A stretch of 64,000 nucleotides of DNA from Takakia lepidozioides (GCA_030704615.1 CM060734.1:55056001-55120000), one strand, 5' to 3'. Numbered from the stretch's first letter, positions 24,505 to 39,491 are shown. Numbers and translations: made by a program. Notes: a model not told the origin generated them from the sequence alone.

Positions 24505-27500
24505 GTAATTTCCGTTTTCTCTTCCGTCAGCCATTTTCCTGAAGTTATTATGCGTCCACTTGTCACTGATTCTATGGATCGTGTAACTTTAGTATGCTGT
24601 GTTGAGCTGTGACAGGCTGTGTCATACTGTGTTACGTTGTGATAGGCTGTGATGCACTGTGGTAAGCTGTGATAGGCTGTGATACGCAGTGGTAGGTTGT
24701 GATAGGCTGTGTTATGTCGTGATGGGCTGTGATAGGCTGTGAGGGCTGTGATAGGCTGTGCTTTGCCTTGATGGGCTGTGATAGGCTATGTCACGTTGTG
24801 ATGGGCTGTGATAGGTTGTGTCACGTTTGTTTTGCCCGCCCTGGTCATATATGCTCGGCCTAGCGACAAGTGCTCCATACTCCGTTCGTAACACTGGTGC
24901 AGCCCGTGACTGCTCTTGCGGTTCAACATGCAAATCATGCTGCAAGGGTTTGTCATGGATACCACTGAACCCCTTCAACTTATTGGCATTGACTCTTCCC
25001 AGCATTTCTTTGTTAATGGTTTGTAACATGGCGGTGTTGTTATCATACATCTTTTGTATGACATAAGGTCCTTTCCATGGTGATTTAAGCTTAGAAGCTT
25101 TAATCTTTCCTTTCTTCTGCAACCATAGAACCAAATCCCCCGTCTTAAAAGTCTTTAACTTGCCTTCATCAAAATGTTCCTTCTCTTCATCTGAATTCTG
25201 GTCATATTATCAGCTGCATCAGCACGTACTTCTTCCACATGGTATAATTCATGTTTCCTGACCTTGATGGAGTCTTGCAATTTCATTCTCTTTCCCCACT
25301 CCGTTTCTCATGGTAGGTAACAGGAATTCCACTGGAAGTAAGGCTTCCATACCATAAACTAATTGGAATGGTGTATACTTAGTGGTGACTTTATATGAAG
25401 TCCTGTATGACCACAAAGCTGTCAGCAGCTTTGTATCCCAATCCGTTCTGTTTGCATTGACTATCTTAGCCAAGATAGTACATAGTATTTTGTTGGTAGC
25501 CTCTGCCTGCCCATTACCCTGTGGGTAATATGTCGTACTCTTTCTATGTACAATCATAAACTCTTTAGTCAACAACTCAATGGTCTCATTCATGAAGTGA
25601 CTTCCTTGATCACTGATAAATTCAAGGGGCCAAATCGTGTAAGTATGTTCTCGTACAGGAACCTTGCTGTGGACTTTGGCTGTGTTGTCCCTCAAAGCTT
25701 TAGCTTCCACCCACTTTGTAGTATAAATCAGTGGCTGTAATTATGTACCTGTTTCGTGTATTCTTGGATGGTGGGTTAATTGGTCCAACAAAATCTAGTC
25801 CCCATTTCTGAAATGGTTCCGTAGGCATTGTAGGATGCAAGGCCATCCTTCCAGATCTCTGCAAAGGTCCTAGCCTCTGACATTCATCACACTTCTGACA
25901 ATACTCGTGTACATCTTTGAACAAAGTAGGCCACCAGTATCCTGCGAGTAGTATCTTTCTACTGGTAGTCTCTTCTCAAATGACCTCCAGCCACTCCTTT
26001 ATGAACTTCCGCCAAACTTTATTTACTTCATGGTGGTACAAGCATCGTTTTAGTACTCCATCAGGTCCTAACTTATACATTCTGCTTCCTACCATAGTAT
26101 AAGGTAAAGCTTTGATAGCGATTCTCTTCCTCTGCTCCTTACCATAACTAGGTGGGCACTGACCATGAGCAAGGTAGTATCTGATTGGCCACTGCCAATC
26201 TAACCATCATCTGCACTTCCTGCACCTCCACTGCAAAGACTCGCATCTGGTAATTGATCATCTATTCCTGTGGCTGGTTCTCCTGTTGAGTCGTGACAAA
26301 TGATCCGCCACAAGATGCAGTCTCCCAGGCTTGTAAACAACCTCGAACTCAAACTCGTGCAAGATTATCAACCATCTTGCTATTCTTCCGCTTATCAAAG
26401 GTTTGTTTACCAGGTATATCAGAGCCTGGTGATCCACATAGAACATAAACTTCTTGCCCAACAGGTAATGCCTGAATTTCTTCACTGCATAGATCATTGC
26501 CAATGCTTCTCTTTCCGTTGTGCTATAGTTCCTTTCAGCACTGTTCATCAACCGGCTAGCATAGTACACAGGTGAATCTATATTCCCTGTAACATTCTGG
26601 GCTAACACCGCTCCCAACGCTTCTCCTGATGCATCGCAGTGAACATGGAATACTACATGCCAGTGAGGGTTAATCAGCACAGGTGTAGTTGTTACTGACA
26701 GTGTAAGTTCCTCAAATGCCTGTTGACATTCAGCTGTCCAGGCAAACACTGCATCTTTCTTCAGTAGTTTGCTCAATGGTGCTGCTATTTGTGCATACCT
26801 TTTGACAAATCTCCTGTAATAACTGGTTTGCCCAAGGAATCTCCTTAGACTTTTAACATTCACTGGTGGTGGAGAGGCTTTAATGGACTCTGTCTTTCTG
26901 GGATCCACAAGAGTCCCTTCTTACACACATGTGTCCCAGAAGCACCCCTGAGTTCACACAGAAAGTACACTTCTCTGGATTCAGGCCCAGACCTCTCATC
27001 CTGCATCTGGCCAAACATAACTCCAATTTATGCAAGTGCTCATTCTTAGAGCTGTACACACTGAAATCATCCAAGAACCTGCATGAAATCATCCAGATAC
27101 TCATGAAAAGATTCACTTATCACTCTCTGAAAGGTCGCTGGTGCATTACAAAGTCCAAAGGGCATGACTTTGTATGCATAAGCCCCCAGTCTGTGATGAA
27201 AGCTGTTTTCCCTTGGTCTTCTTCTGCCACTTGCACTTGATTATAACCACTGAAGCCATCCATGAATGAGTACATCTCATGGCCTGCCACAGTGTCTAAT
27301 ACTGCTTCTGTGAATGGCAAAGGGAAAGGATCTTTCTCGTACAAGCATTCAGCTTCTTATAGTTCACACATACTCTTAGTTTGCCATTCTTTGGGAACTA
27401 TAACAATGGGTGACAACCAAGTTGTATACTCTATTGGGTATATAAACTTAGCCTCAGCCAACTTCTTTATCTCTTCTCCAACCTTCTGTGCGTAGTTGGG

Positions 27501-30500
27501 ATTCATTCTATACCTCGCCTGCTTGATTGGTACTGACTGACCCTGGTTCCAGTTCAATCTTATGCTGACAGACTTCAGGTGGTATCCCTTTTAGATCCTC
27601 ATAGCTCCAAGCAAATACATCTCTGTATTTGATGAACAAGCTTTTAGCTTCTCGAAGAATTCCGGCTCCAAATCAGCTCCTACTTTCACCATCCTCGGTT
27701 CCTCTTTAGTTCCCACATTTACTTCCCTCACCTGCTCATCAGCTGTGATTGTCCAACCAGTCACCACTTCATCCTGTAAGCTCACAGTGGCTGGTTCTTC
27801 TAGGATTTCTATTTCTCTTTCTCTTTCTTCATAGAAATGTGATGGGTAAATGCTGGTTTCCTCTTCAGTTGGTGTTGCTGTCACTACACCACAGCAGATA
27901 CCTCTCAAACTTAGGCTTTCCAGCCGCATCTCTGCAACCTGCTCCCACTCTGGGTGTGCAGCAAATAGGGTAGCTTCCTGCTCCTCATCCAGTCCTCCTT
28001 TCCAGTCATACTCTCTGACTCCTCGAGGTCTTCTTGTAGCAGGTAATCTACTAGATTTCTTTGTGGTAATTTGTATCTCGTGTATCCCATTATGCACGGT
28101 TAGTAACTGAGAATTCCAGTCATGGAATACCCTGGCCTGTTTCAGCCACGGACGTCCCAATAATAAGGAGTAAGCCTCCATGACTTCATCCATTTTCAAC
28201 AGTTACTGTGATCATAAAGATCATTTCTGTATCTGTATCTTAACTCCTCTTATTAATCCCAATGGCTGTACACTTCTTTGATCTGCCATTGTTACTGTAA
28301 ATGGGGCTGGTTTTTCATGTTACTTAGACCAAGCTTCTTCCTTAATTGGTCTGTCATGATATTTACTCCAGAACCTCCATCTATCAGTACATCAGTTAGT
28401 TCTGTGCTTCCAATTCTCAATTGGATTACTGGCATAGAATCATCAAAGTCCATGACTGTTTCTCGCCCTTCCGGCTTCACATTATAACTGGTCACCTTGC
28501 TGTTCAGGTCTGTGTTTCCTGTCTCCTGGGCAATTCGATTGATTGCTTGATACAGCCTGTGCCTACAATAAGGTGCCACAGCTAATAGCTGTCCAATGGT
28601 AATTTCTGCTTTGGTCTGGCATATTACTTCAGCCAAAGTCTCTTCATTACTTTGCATGTCTGCATCTTCTTTTTCCTTTCTTCCTCACTCCCTTCTTTTC
28701 TCCATCAGAATCAGAGGAATCTGCCACAGGAATATCAGTACTCTTTTGCATTTCCCTTATAGTATCTGCCACTTCCTTGTGCAGTTCCTTCTCATCTTTC
28801 CAAGTCTCTTCATCTTCAGGCATATCATTGCCACTTCATTATCATCTTCTTCCTCTACTACTGGAGGTATTAGTTTGGCTTTACTTCTTGTTACTATCAT
28901 TGTACTTACTTCTGGTACAACACATGGCCTAACCATGTGAGCTGCCACCACTGGGCCCTCATTCACAGGAGCTCTCATCTCATTCTGGTGTCTTATCCAG
29001 AATGAACAGGCTGCCTTGCGATGTCCTGGCTGATTACAATAGTAACATAGTTCTTCACCATTGGGTCCTCGCCCTTGGTCTGTTCTTGGATTATTTCTAT
29101 AATCCTGATTCCCGGGCTGGTAATTCCCCCTTGGATTACCCTGATAGTTGCCTCTGGAATTTCCTTGGTAATTCCCTCTTGAATTACCTCTCCCTTCCAT
29201 GCCATTGTTATAACCACCAGACCTACCATAGTGGTCCTGATCATTGTTTCTTCTTGGCTGGGGCTGCACCTGATGCACCCTTACTTGCCTAGGTTCTCTT
29301 GCAGCTGTCCTTCTGTTGTAGTAACAATTCTCAGTAGAATGGTTATCCATTTTACAGATAGTACAGTGTTTCTCCTTCATGTGGCATTCTGTGGTGGTAT
29401 GGCCTTCATTCTGGCACTTTGCACACCATACACCCTTCCTCCAATGTGTTGCAGCCTCTGTGGCATACTTCTTCAAGATTTCTTTCCAATCTTTTTTCAT
29501 AGTTATCCCTCTTCAACTTCTCCTTCTCTTACTCTTTCTTTTTAGTTCTTGCTCTTCTTCTTCATCTGACTCATCCTCAGAGTCCTCATCTTCTTTTTTC
29601 TCTCTCCTGAGCATTCCCAATTGCTCAATTCTGTTCGCAGTTTCAAATGCCTCCTCCACTGTATTATGGGGTAACATATCCACTTTCTTTTGCAACTCTG
29701 GTCTTAGTCCACTCACAAACCAAGTCTTCTGTAAACCGGCGCTGGTACTGCAGCCAGCTTTTTCATCATCAATTCCATCTTCTCCATATACTCTTCAACA
29801 GTTTCATGCTTCTTCTGCTTCAGCTGTTGTAAACTTCCATACACTTCATCCTCAGTTTTACTTGTCCTGAACCTATTTCGAAATGCTGTATTCAAGCCAT
29901 TCCAGGTTAGGAAATGATTATCAGGGAATCTTGCATACCATTCACTTGCTTTCTTGATAAGTGAACAAGGAAACAGTCTCATCTTGGCATCATCGCCATT
30001 CTCATTGTTCACTATACACATGTGCTCAAATTGGCTAATGTGTACATCGGGATCCCCTTTTCCTGAATATATTGGAAAGGGTGGTTTTGCCCGTGTTGGT
30101 TGTAACGCCATCTGTGGCCCTACCTTCTGCCCACTGACAGGTGCTGGCACCCTTGCTGGTGCTGGTCCTTCTGGACCTGTTGTTTTTGTGGTGGATCTTC
30201 CACCAAGTGGTGGCCCTTGAGCACTCCTGCTTCTGGCCCCACGATATTCACAGTATTCCCAGCTTCAGTTGCACTACTTCCCACACTCCTGTCCCCCAGA
30301 GCCAGATCCAGGCAGCCCGCCTGATCCCCCTGAGCCGACACCTTCGTTGGCCTGTGATCCAAGTGCTCCACTTGATCCAGGTCCAACGGGTTGGGATGTC
30401 CTGGTTGTAGTCTCAACCTCAGCTGTTGGTCTACTTCTTCATATTCTTCCTCTTCCAATTTCTTCTCTCTGTTTTCATCCTCCAAGTTCTGCCCTTGGGT

Positions 30501-31548
30501 TTCTTCTTCACTCATGTAACTCAACTGTAATGGTGTTGGAGAGTCTGAACTCTCCGTTGGCTCTGCCACATCCTCTTCTCCTTCTTCACCTTCTGCTTCA
30601 GAAACTGGAGTTCCTGCTTTTGGTGTTCCATGCCAACTCTTATCAAAGATTTCTGTCAAATCTTTTATCCAAGGATGTACCCTCAGATCTTTTCACCTCG
30701 TGATTGATCTTCTTCCTGTACCAATTCCCTTAATCTTTCTTGCAAAAGAACAGAAGGAGTGGCATCCAACTCTAGTTCTTCCGGTATAGGTGATGCTCTT
30801 TTGATCTTAATGGTGTGAGAGGTCCAGATGATTCCCCTATGTCTATTCCTCTCTCCCAAAGATATGGATAATTAGCTTTCAGATAGCTTTCTCTTTTTTT
30901 TGCTGAATATCTCTGTCGTCTAGCTTCTCTTTCATCACTCATGTCCCATGTCTTTCATTTCTTTTAATGTGGCAATAACCAAAACTCTCTTCTGTAATAT
31001 CTCTCGTATATGCCTGGGTTTCTTTCAAGCTTCAATGCACCCTTGGCTATACTTGAAGTCTCCGTTACCATATAACCATATGGCAAACAAGTCTGAAAAG
31101 CTGTTTTGGTGTGAGTTTGATCCACAAAATATCCTTTGGAATCCAATTCTTTACCAGTACAAGCTCTTCATGCATATGAGTATAAACATTCACCTTTCTT
31201 TCTTCCCAGCCTTCAAACTCTACTCGCTTAATGGATAGCAATGCTATCACATAAACCAATGTTGGTAACCAACGTGCTCTTCCTCTACAGGCTACCTGAT
31301 AAATCTTTATCACTCCTTTCTCCAGACCCCATTCCGGATCAGCATCATGCACTCGCTTAAGAATATTTTCTTTACAACCGTCTGGCAATTCCAAGAACCT
31401 TTGAAAGAATTGTTTGGACAATCTTTCTTCCTTCGTTCCACAGGGAATTTGATTCACTTCAAATTCTTTAAATGGTCCAACCACCATGATCCCACCAGAT
31501 GCCTGTCACATCTGGTTGTTCATGACCAGGTTCCCAGTATGGTCGCCA
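24505..31548 (-). mobile_element. Family A copy A3 internal region: PBS, gag, PR, RT, RH, INT and post-INT CACAG array (frameshifted)
   Basis: PBS TGGCGACCATACTGGG at 31533-31548. gag YSGKGDPDVHISQF with three CCHC knuckles; IDGGS; FLDDFSVY; HCDASG; [30 protein letters not shown]. Confidence 0.92.
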
Positions 31549-31550
31549 AA

Positions 31551-31604
31551 TGTCGCGCGGCTTTTACTCACCCATCCCTTCGCTATTCGTGGCGGAAACT
31601 CCAA
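31551..31604 (-). repeat. Terminal about 54 bp of the A3 5' LTR, detached from 32594-33447
   Basis: Reverse complement of the LTR end, carrying the CCACGAATAG variant otherwise seen only in LTR 43017-43890. Confidence 0.85.
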
Positions 31605-32593
31605 TTCTAAGGGACAGCCAAATCGTGTAAGTATGTTCTTGTACATGAACCTTGCTGTGGACTTGGCTGTGTTGTACCTCAAAGCTTTAGCTTCCATCCA
31701 CTTTGTAGTATAATCAGTGGCTGTAATTATGTACCTGTTCCGTGTATTCTTGGCTGGTGGGTTTATCGGTCCAACAAAGTCTAGTCCCCATTTCTGAAAT
31801 GTTCCGTAGGCATTGTAGGATGCAAGGCCATCCTTCCAGATCTCTGCAAGGTCTAGCCTCTGACATTCATCACAACTCTGACAATACTCGTGTACATCTT
31901 TGAACAAAGTAGGCCACCAGTAACCTGCGAGTAGTATCTTCCTACTGGTAGTCTCTTCTCCAAAATGACCTCCAGCCACTCTTTTATGAACTTCCTCCAA
32001 AACTTTATTTACTTCATGGTGGTACAAGCATCGTTTTAGTACTCCATCAGGTCTTAGCTTATACATTCTGCTTCCTACCATAGTATAAGGTAAAGATTTG
32101 ATAGCGATTCTCTTCCTCTGCTCCTTACCATAACTAGGTGGGCACTGACCATGAGCAAGGTAGTATCTGATTGGCCACTGCCAATCTAACCAGTCATCTG
32201 CACTTCCCTGCACCTCCACTGCAAAGAGACTCGCATCTGGTAATTGATCATCTATTCCTGTGGCTCGTTCTCCTGTTGATAACCGTGACAAATGATCCGC
32301 CACAAGATGCAGTCTCCCAGGCTTGTAAACAACCTCGAACTCAAACTTGTGCAAGATTATCAACCATCTTGCTATTCTTCCGCTTATCAGAGGTTTGTTT
32401 ACCAGTATATCAGAGCCTAGTGATCCCTAGAACATAAACTTCTTGCCCAACAGGTAATGCCTGAATTTCTACTGCTAGATCATTGCCAATGCTCTCTTTC
32501 CGTTGTGCTATAGTTCCTTTCAGCACTGTTCATCAACCGGCTAGCATAGTACACAAGTGAATCTATATTTCCTGTAACATTCTGGGCTAACGC
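31605..32593 (-). pseudogene. Family A copy A2: distal RNase H and N-terminal integrase
   Basis: Continues the RH interrupted at 43891. [17 protein letters not shown], breaking at RFGCPLE. Confidence 0.9.
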
Positions 32594-33447
32594 TGTTAGA
32601 GGACTGTCGGGGACTTAGACACTTATACGGGATCTGTAGGGTACCCTTAATTTTTGCACAGACTGAGACCACAGGAGCCTTAGGGGTGACAGCAGCGCAC
32701 TATAGAGGGGGTTACACAGCCCGTCACAGTCGTCACGCAGACACAGCCGACACAGCCAACACAGCCGTCGTCACAGTCGACACAGCCAGGCACAGCCACA
32801 CAGCCAGTCACAGCCCGACACAGCCAAACACAGTCGCACAGCCAGTCACAGTCCGTCACAGTTTCACACAGCCAGTCACAGCTTGACACAGCTGTCACGA
32901 TCATAGGGAACGAAGAGTAGGACAGGGAACGACTGTGGGGAACAACACCTGCGAAGGGAACATGTTAGTTCACAGACGACGGTTAGTGAGGGAAACGGTT
33001 AGAACCACGGATAGGAAGATAAAGGGAGAAACGGGGAATTGAGGATATCATTCGGAGGAGGACTTCTTGGTCATGGAAGAGGGGATCGGGCAGAGATGAA
33101 GAACGGAAGTGAAGATAGAGAGATGATGAGTAGATGCTTGATATATGCAGGCTGTAATGATATTGTAGAGTAGATTAGAGACCAATGGCTTCGGCCTGAT
33201 ACCTGATAAATCATAATCGGATACTTTTACGATACAATCACACTATGTAGAGAGATCTGAGTGAAGCTGTGGAATGAATGGATAGTTGATGGAATCCATA
33301 GATTGATAAAGCAAACTGATACTTAATTATCAATGGTAAGATAGCTAACATGAATACCAAAAGGGAAACAAATAGGAAACACCCCCATGATACACTAGCT
33401 GTAGGTCATGACTGATTGTTCTGCGCGGGCTGAGTACTTAGAGATTT
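32594..33447 (+). repeat. Family A 5' LTR of copy A3 (3' end missing)
   Basis: TG start preceded by AACGC (TSD partner AACAC at 43891-43895). It shares diagnostic variants with 43017-43890. Confidence 0.9.
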
Positions 33448-34330
33448 TATCAGTGATCAGGGAAGTCACTTCATGAATGAGTCCATTGAGTTGTTGACTA
33501 AAGAGTTCATGATTGTACATAGAAAAAGTAGAACATATTACCCACAGGGTAATGGGCAGGCAGAGGCTACCAACAAAATACTATGTACTATCTTGGCTAA
33601 GATAGTCAATGCAAACAGAACTGATTGGGATACAAAGCTGCTAACAGCTTTGTGGTCATACAGGACTTCCTATAAAGTCACCACTAAGTATACACCATTC
33701 CAATTAGTTTATGGAATGGAAGCCTTACTTCCAGTGGAATTCCTGTTACCTACCATGAGAACGGAGTGGGGAAAAATTATGGAATTGCAAGATTCCATTA
33801 AGGTCAGGAAACATGAATTATACCATGTGGAAGAAGTACGTGCTGATGCAGCTGATAATATGACTAGAATTCAGATCAAGAGGAAGGAACAGTTTGATGA
33901 AGGCAAGTTAAAAACCTTTAAGACGGGGATTTGGTTCTATGGTTGCAGAAAAAGGGAAAGATTAAAGCTTCTAAGCTTAAATCACCATGGAAAGACCTTA
34001 TGTCATACAAAAGATGTATGATAACAACACCACCATGTTACAAACCATTAATAAGAAATGCCGGGAAGTCAATGCCAATAAGTTGAAAGGGTACAGTGGT
34101 ATCCATGACAAACCATTGCAACATGATTTGCATGTTGAAACGCAAGAGCAGTCACGGGCTGCACCGGGGTTACAAACGGAAGATGGAGCACTTGTCGCTA
34201 GGCCAAGCACATATGATCAGGGCGGGCAAAACAGCGTGACACACCTATCACAGCCCATCAAGGCGAACCACAGCCTATCACAGCCCATCACGACACAGGC
34301 CACAACACATCACAGCCTATCAGTATGACA
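33448..34330 (+). pseudogene. Family A copy A2: C-terminal integrase (inverted relative to its N-terminal half)
   Basis: Begins TATCAGTGATCAGGG (ISDQGSHF), the exact continuation of GAATT at 31603-31607 on the minus strand. Confidence 0.88.
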
Positions 34331-34822
34331 CAGCCTGTCACATCTCAACACAGCCTACTAGGGTTACACGATCCATAGAATCAGTGACAGGTGGACGCAT
34401 AATAACTTCAGAAAATGGCTGACGGAAGAAAAAACGGAAACTAGTTTAAAAATAGACACGTGGAGGTCAGGGCGCGACACGCAGCTGAGAAGGAAGTGCA
34501 AGACCAGGTGTCATAAAGAAAGAGGACAAGAACGGCCGTCAAAAGATGAAAGGCGGGCCCATTAATGAATACGGAAAAAGGGAAACGGAATGAACGGCAA
34601 GTACAGAAAAGCAAAATTCTTGTCACATGTGTGATCCTAGTGGACTATCCAGCAGGGAAAGTCCACTAAAGAAAATAAATCTAAAATCCAGTCACAGCGG
34701 AACAGCCAATAGAAACCAGAGAAAGATCAAGAAAATGGAGGGAATTGAGCGCAAAAGGCGGCGTCGTTCTGAGTAACGGGCGTCTCGACAGGACAGACCA
34801 TCAATGCTATAGCTTGGAAACT

Positions 34823-37800
34823 ATGGAGGAACTAACAGATTATACGCTCGCAATATTACTTACGCAGCATAGACACGAAAGAACAGAGCGGAGCTTTTCT
34901 CTTGAGCGATGCTTGCAAGCCCCGCAGGCTTACAAGAAATTACCCATAGCTTTGTGGCAACCATACGTTTATGCTTTGTGCACTACAGGCATTTCTGCAG
35001 TTGTTACAGCCAAAACAGTTCTGTGAGTTCAAATGAAGAGAGTGAGAGGAATGGAGGAAATCAGGGTGAAGAGCACCACAATTCTGCAGAAACAAACGAT
35101 TGCTACCCCACAGGCGATACAGATACTGGAGGAGCTGAGATTGCAAGGATTGCAAAGCCTAGATTGGACATTACACCATAGACAGTACATGTTACAATTT
35201 TTGCAGAACTTTGAGCCAAGGACAGGAACAACAACGGTGAAGGGAGTTGAATTAATGATTACTCCCCTATACCTCCAGCAATTGTTTCGATTGCCAGCAG
35301 GTCAGGTGCATGTGGAGGAACACAGGGCAAGACTGCAAATAGGGGACTTATTCCAAGAAGGGAGTTTTTTAAAACTCAGGGTTATGCTTGTACCAAGGCT
35401 GTGTACCCAGGGCTAAAAGGTAGGCCAGGTATTGAACGTTCTGATTGCCATGAAACAGAACCAACAGTATTTGAGCAGATCCTTCACGGAGGAAAATACT
35501 CAAAGCCTGAAGGGACAAGAGGTACAATGGGCGGACATAATGTACAACGCACTGGTAGAGGAGATGAAAAGATTACAAGGTACTACCGCAAAGTCTCCTA
35601 TCATAGTGTCTGGCCCAATCATTGCTCAAATAATTCTTGATTCTGGCATACTTGATGCGCAAGAAAGAAAGGAGATGGGAGTGTTTGAGCCAGAACCACT
35701 GCAATGGAAGAGCAAGGCTCTTCACACAGTGAGGGTGGACTAGCAGGGCAACCCGAGACTAAGAGGCAGAGACGGGGAAAGACTGTAGTGGCGGATCCAC
35801 TGGCTTCACGGATTCCGCATGATAATGTTTCCCAAGCTCATGTGCAGGAAGGGGCACAGCAGCACAGAGAAATGCTATTACTGGAAGCAGGACCTTCAGA
35901 GAGGGAGGAGGAAGTTACTTCAGCATCACAACCATCACAGCCAGCTGATTGACTTGTCACAAGGTCACAAGTTGTCCATGCAGCTCAACCAGAAATAATT
36001 GATTTGGAAAGAGAAGGGTTAGATATTCCAACTACAGAACAGATAGTGGCAGAAATGGAGAAGGGGACCTTCTCTATGAATATTCTGGTCTGGTCAAGGA
36101 GACAGAGATTCCAGAGGTGCAACAGTTTGCCCAAGGGAAATCCTGAGGTGCATATAATACACACACCTGTGTCGGAGGTACCACAGGCGGAAGGTCATGA
36201 CACTGTAGCACCGGTGATAGATGAAGTGGTTCAGGAAGAAAATCCGGTGGGACAATGGCCTGAGTGGTTCGTGAGACATCACACTGTTGAGAGATCAGGA
36301 GGAACAGCAAGCACCTCACCATGATGACCCTCAACAGGCAATGCTGATGAGTTCCATAGGCAGGACACTTAATTTGTTGGGGACTTATGTCAAATCCCAT
36401 GTTCCAACTACCCAATTGACAGCCTTGAGAGAGGAACTCAGGAAGGAGTTTGAGGCTCGACTAGCCACTGAGTGTGCAAACAAGGTCGATGAAGAGGTCA
36501 CTCTCAAGATGCAAGCAGGACTTGGGAATAAGAAGCGGCTTTGCAATTGGCCAAGGAACAATTGATTGAGGCAGCCTCGCGCAAGACCAGTTGCACGAAG
36601 CACATAAGCAACAGCTATACCAAATGCAGGTGCAGCATGAAAGCAAGTTGCAAGAAGTGAATGCACTACATACGGAGTTGCAGACAGTGCATGACAGGAT
36701 GGCCATACAATGTGCTACATTCACAACTATGCTTGACCAATCTACAAAAGAAATAAACAGTCAAGCGGAAAAATGTACGAAGGCAGAAGAAGAGAATGTT
36801 GAGCAAATGAAACTCATTGTCGATATGAAGAATACAATCTGTCGCAATGAGGATACTTTCAAGCAATACAGGCAGGTTGAAGCTGATCAAGAGAAGCACA
36901 TCGTGGAGTTGCAACAAACGATCATGGCCAATAGAAATGAAATCGCGGTCAATAACAAGGCTTGGAGGGAAGCTAATAATCTGGCTTGCTGCTTATGCAA
37001 ATTTGGTTGAACCTCAGGCGAAGCGCATGGAGGCTTTACAACAGCAGTTAGAAGTGTACAAGCTAAGAGAGGAGCAACTCTCAGGGAACCACAAGCAACT
37101 TGGTGGATAACAGCCTTATGCAGGTCTGGTTAGCACAAGGGCCAGTAGAGGGCAAAGCACCACGAAAACTCACCCAAAGCGAGATGAATGAGCTCAGACT
37201 ACAAGTGTGCAGAACATTGCCACAACTACTATAGACAATGTCTATAGTAGATAGCAGAGTTACAGGAGGATGTAGACGGACTGCAGGCTCAAGTGGAGGA
37301 CCTCACTTCAAACATCGACAAAAGAGTCTATATCCCTCAGGAACAGCTAATGGCTTCTTATTTACAAGCCAGAACTTTGGCTTTTCAGTCTTCATAGGAG
37401 GTGCAGGATGCCAATGATACAAGAGCCAGTACCACCAACACCACAACAAGTCACTGTACCAGTAGCTGAACCTGTTGTTACTACAACCACACCACAGCCA
37501 CCACAGCCTGAGGTATGGGGCAATGCTGCTTTTAACCCACCTAAAACTCCAGCTGCAAGGGACTACAGTAGGGCTATGATTATGCCCTTCAACCAAATTC
37601 CCATCATGTTGGATTTGGCTTGGAAAGAATTTAGTCCTCCGCAGTCATTCGCACATTACTACCAAATCATGCGCATCTGGCTGCCAGTGGCAACTAGGAC
37701 TAAAGTTCTTCCGAACAATCGACAATTGAGGATCATCACTTTGCACAGTACTGGCACGAGGCAGGTACGTTGAGGGAATTAATTGCTTTCCAGGTTGTAC

Positions 37801-38564
37801 ATGGACTCATTTATACCAAGACCAAGGTAGCAAGTATTGTCATGGGATGCGGGTTATACTACGCTGCTTGTTTTCTGGTACGTTATCACATTGAGCAACA
37901 AAAGATGCAAACACGCTTTCTGAGTTATTCCAGTGGAGATCATTGGGTATTACCTTCGGTGCCACCTCATATGTACCTATATGACCCAAAAGTTATGATG
38001 CAAAAGGATTCTCAAATTCGTTCATGGTTTCAAGCGGCCTGGAACAATTTGTCAACACAGAAATTCGGCATTGATGATATTTTCTATAAGGGACATGTGG
38101 CATGGAAATACTTGCACGCTGCACAGTAATTGGTACCCCACTCACCTGGACAGACAAGGAGCTCAGTGTCTACACCAATTTTGCTGTTCAGCGGTTACAC
38201 CAAGTTGTAAAATATAAACTTCCAGACATGGTAGGACAACATTGTATGCCCCAGAGGATTCCACAAAAAGTTCGAAAATTAAAACACCTGAGGGGCGATG
38301 AGGATTCTGATACAACTGTTTCTTCACGAATTCTTTTGACATGGGAGAACTATGCAGTTCAGATGGCAGAGAAGAAGCGACGGGGTCTCCTATGCGGAAA
38401 GGTTACCTCAATATCAGCCTCCAGAGGGCCTCACTTATCCATGTAGTGATCAACCATCTCCGTCAACCAGAGACAGACCTCGGGCTCGTACACACAGTCC
38501 GCCACGAAACTCTCAACGTCAAAAAGGTGCTCACTCACAAAGGTTTGCTAATCGAAATCAGTAA
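34823..38564 (+). pseudogene. Family A extra ORF, full-length frameshifted copy (A2, subfamily a)
   Basis: MEELTDYTL start, homologous throughout to 19432-23178, ending just before the PPT. Confidence 0.8.
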
Positions 38565-38600
38565 ACCGAGGACACGGCTTTTTGAGGGGGGAAGGGGTAA

Positions 38601-39491
38601 TGTTAGAGGACTGTCGGGGACTTAGACACTTATACGAATCTGTAGTACCCTTAATTTTTGCATAGACTGAGACCAACATGAGCCTTAGGGGTGACAGCAG
38701 CGCACTGTAGAGGGGGGTTACATAGCCCTCCACAGTCGTCACAGCCGACACAGCCACAGCCGACACAGCCACACATCCCACACAGCCCTCACAGTCGTCA
38801 CACAACACAGACACAGCCGCCAAGACACAGTCACAGTTTTCACAACACAGGACACAGCTGTCACAATCATAGGGAACGGAGAGCAGGATAGGGAATGACT
38901 GTGGGAAACAACACCTGCGAAGGGAACATGTTAGTTCACAGACGACGGTTAGTGAGGGAAACGGTTAGAACCACGGGTAGGAAGGTAAAGGGAGAAGGGG
39001 GGGAATTTTGGGGGGATATCATTCGGAGGAGGACTTCTTGGTCATGGAGGAGAGGGGATCGGCAGAGATGAAGAACGGAAGTGAAGATAGAGAGATGATG
39101 AGTAGATGCTTGATATATGCAAGGCTGTATTGATATTGTAGAGCAGATTAGAGATACAATGGCTTCGGCCTGATACCTGATAAATCATAATCGGATACTT
39201 TTACGATACAATCACACTATGTAGAGAGATCTGAGTGAAGCTGTGGAATGAATGGATGAGTTGATGGAATCCAATAGATTGATAAAGCAAACTGATACTT
39301 AATTATCAATGGTAAGATAGCTAACATGAATGCCAAAAGGGAAACAAATAGGAAACACCCCCATGATACACTAGCTGTAGGTCATGACTGATTGTTCTGC
39401 GCGGGCTGAGTACTTAGAGATTTCCAACTCTTCTATCTTGGAGTTTCCGCCTCGGATAGCGAAGGGATGGGTGAGTAAAAGCCGTGCGACA
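38601..39491 (+). repeat. Family A 3' LTR of copy A2
   Basis: PPT upstream; TG..GTGCGACA. It is followed by AGGAG, the reverse complement of CTCCT that flanks LTR 48800-49811. Confidence 0.92.
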
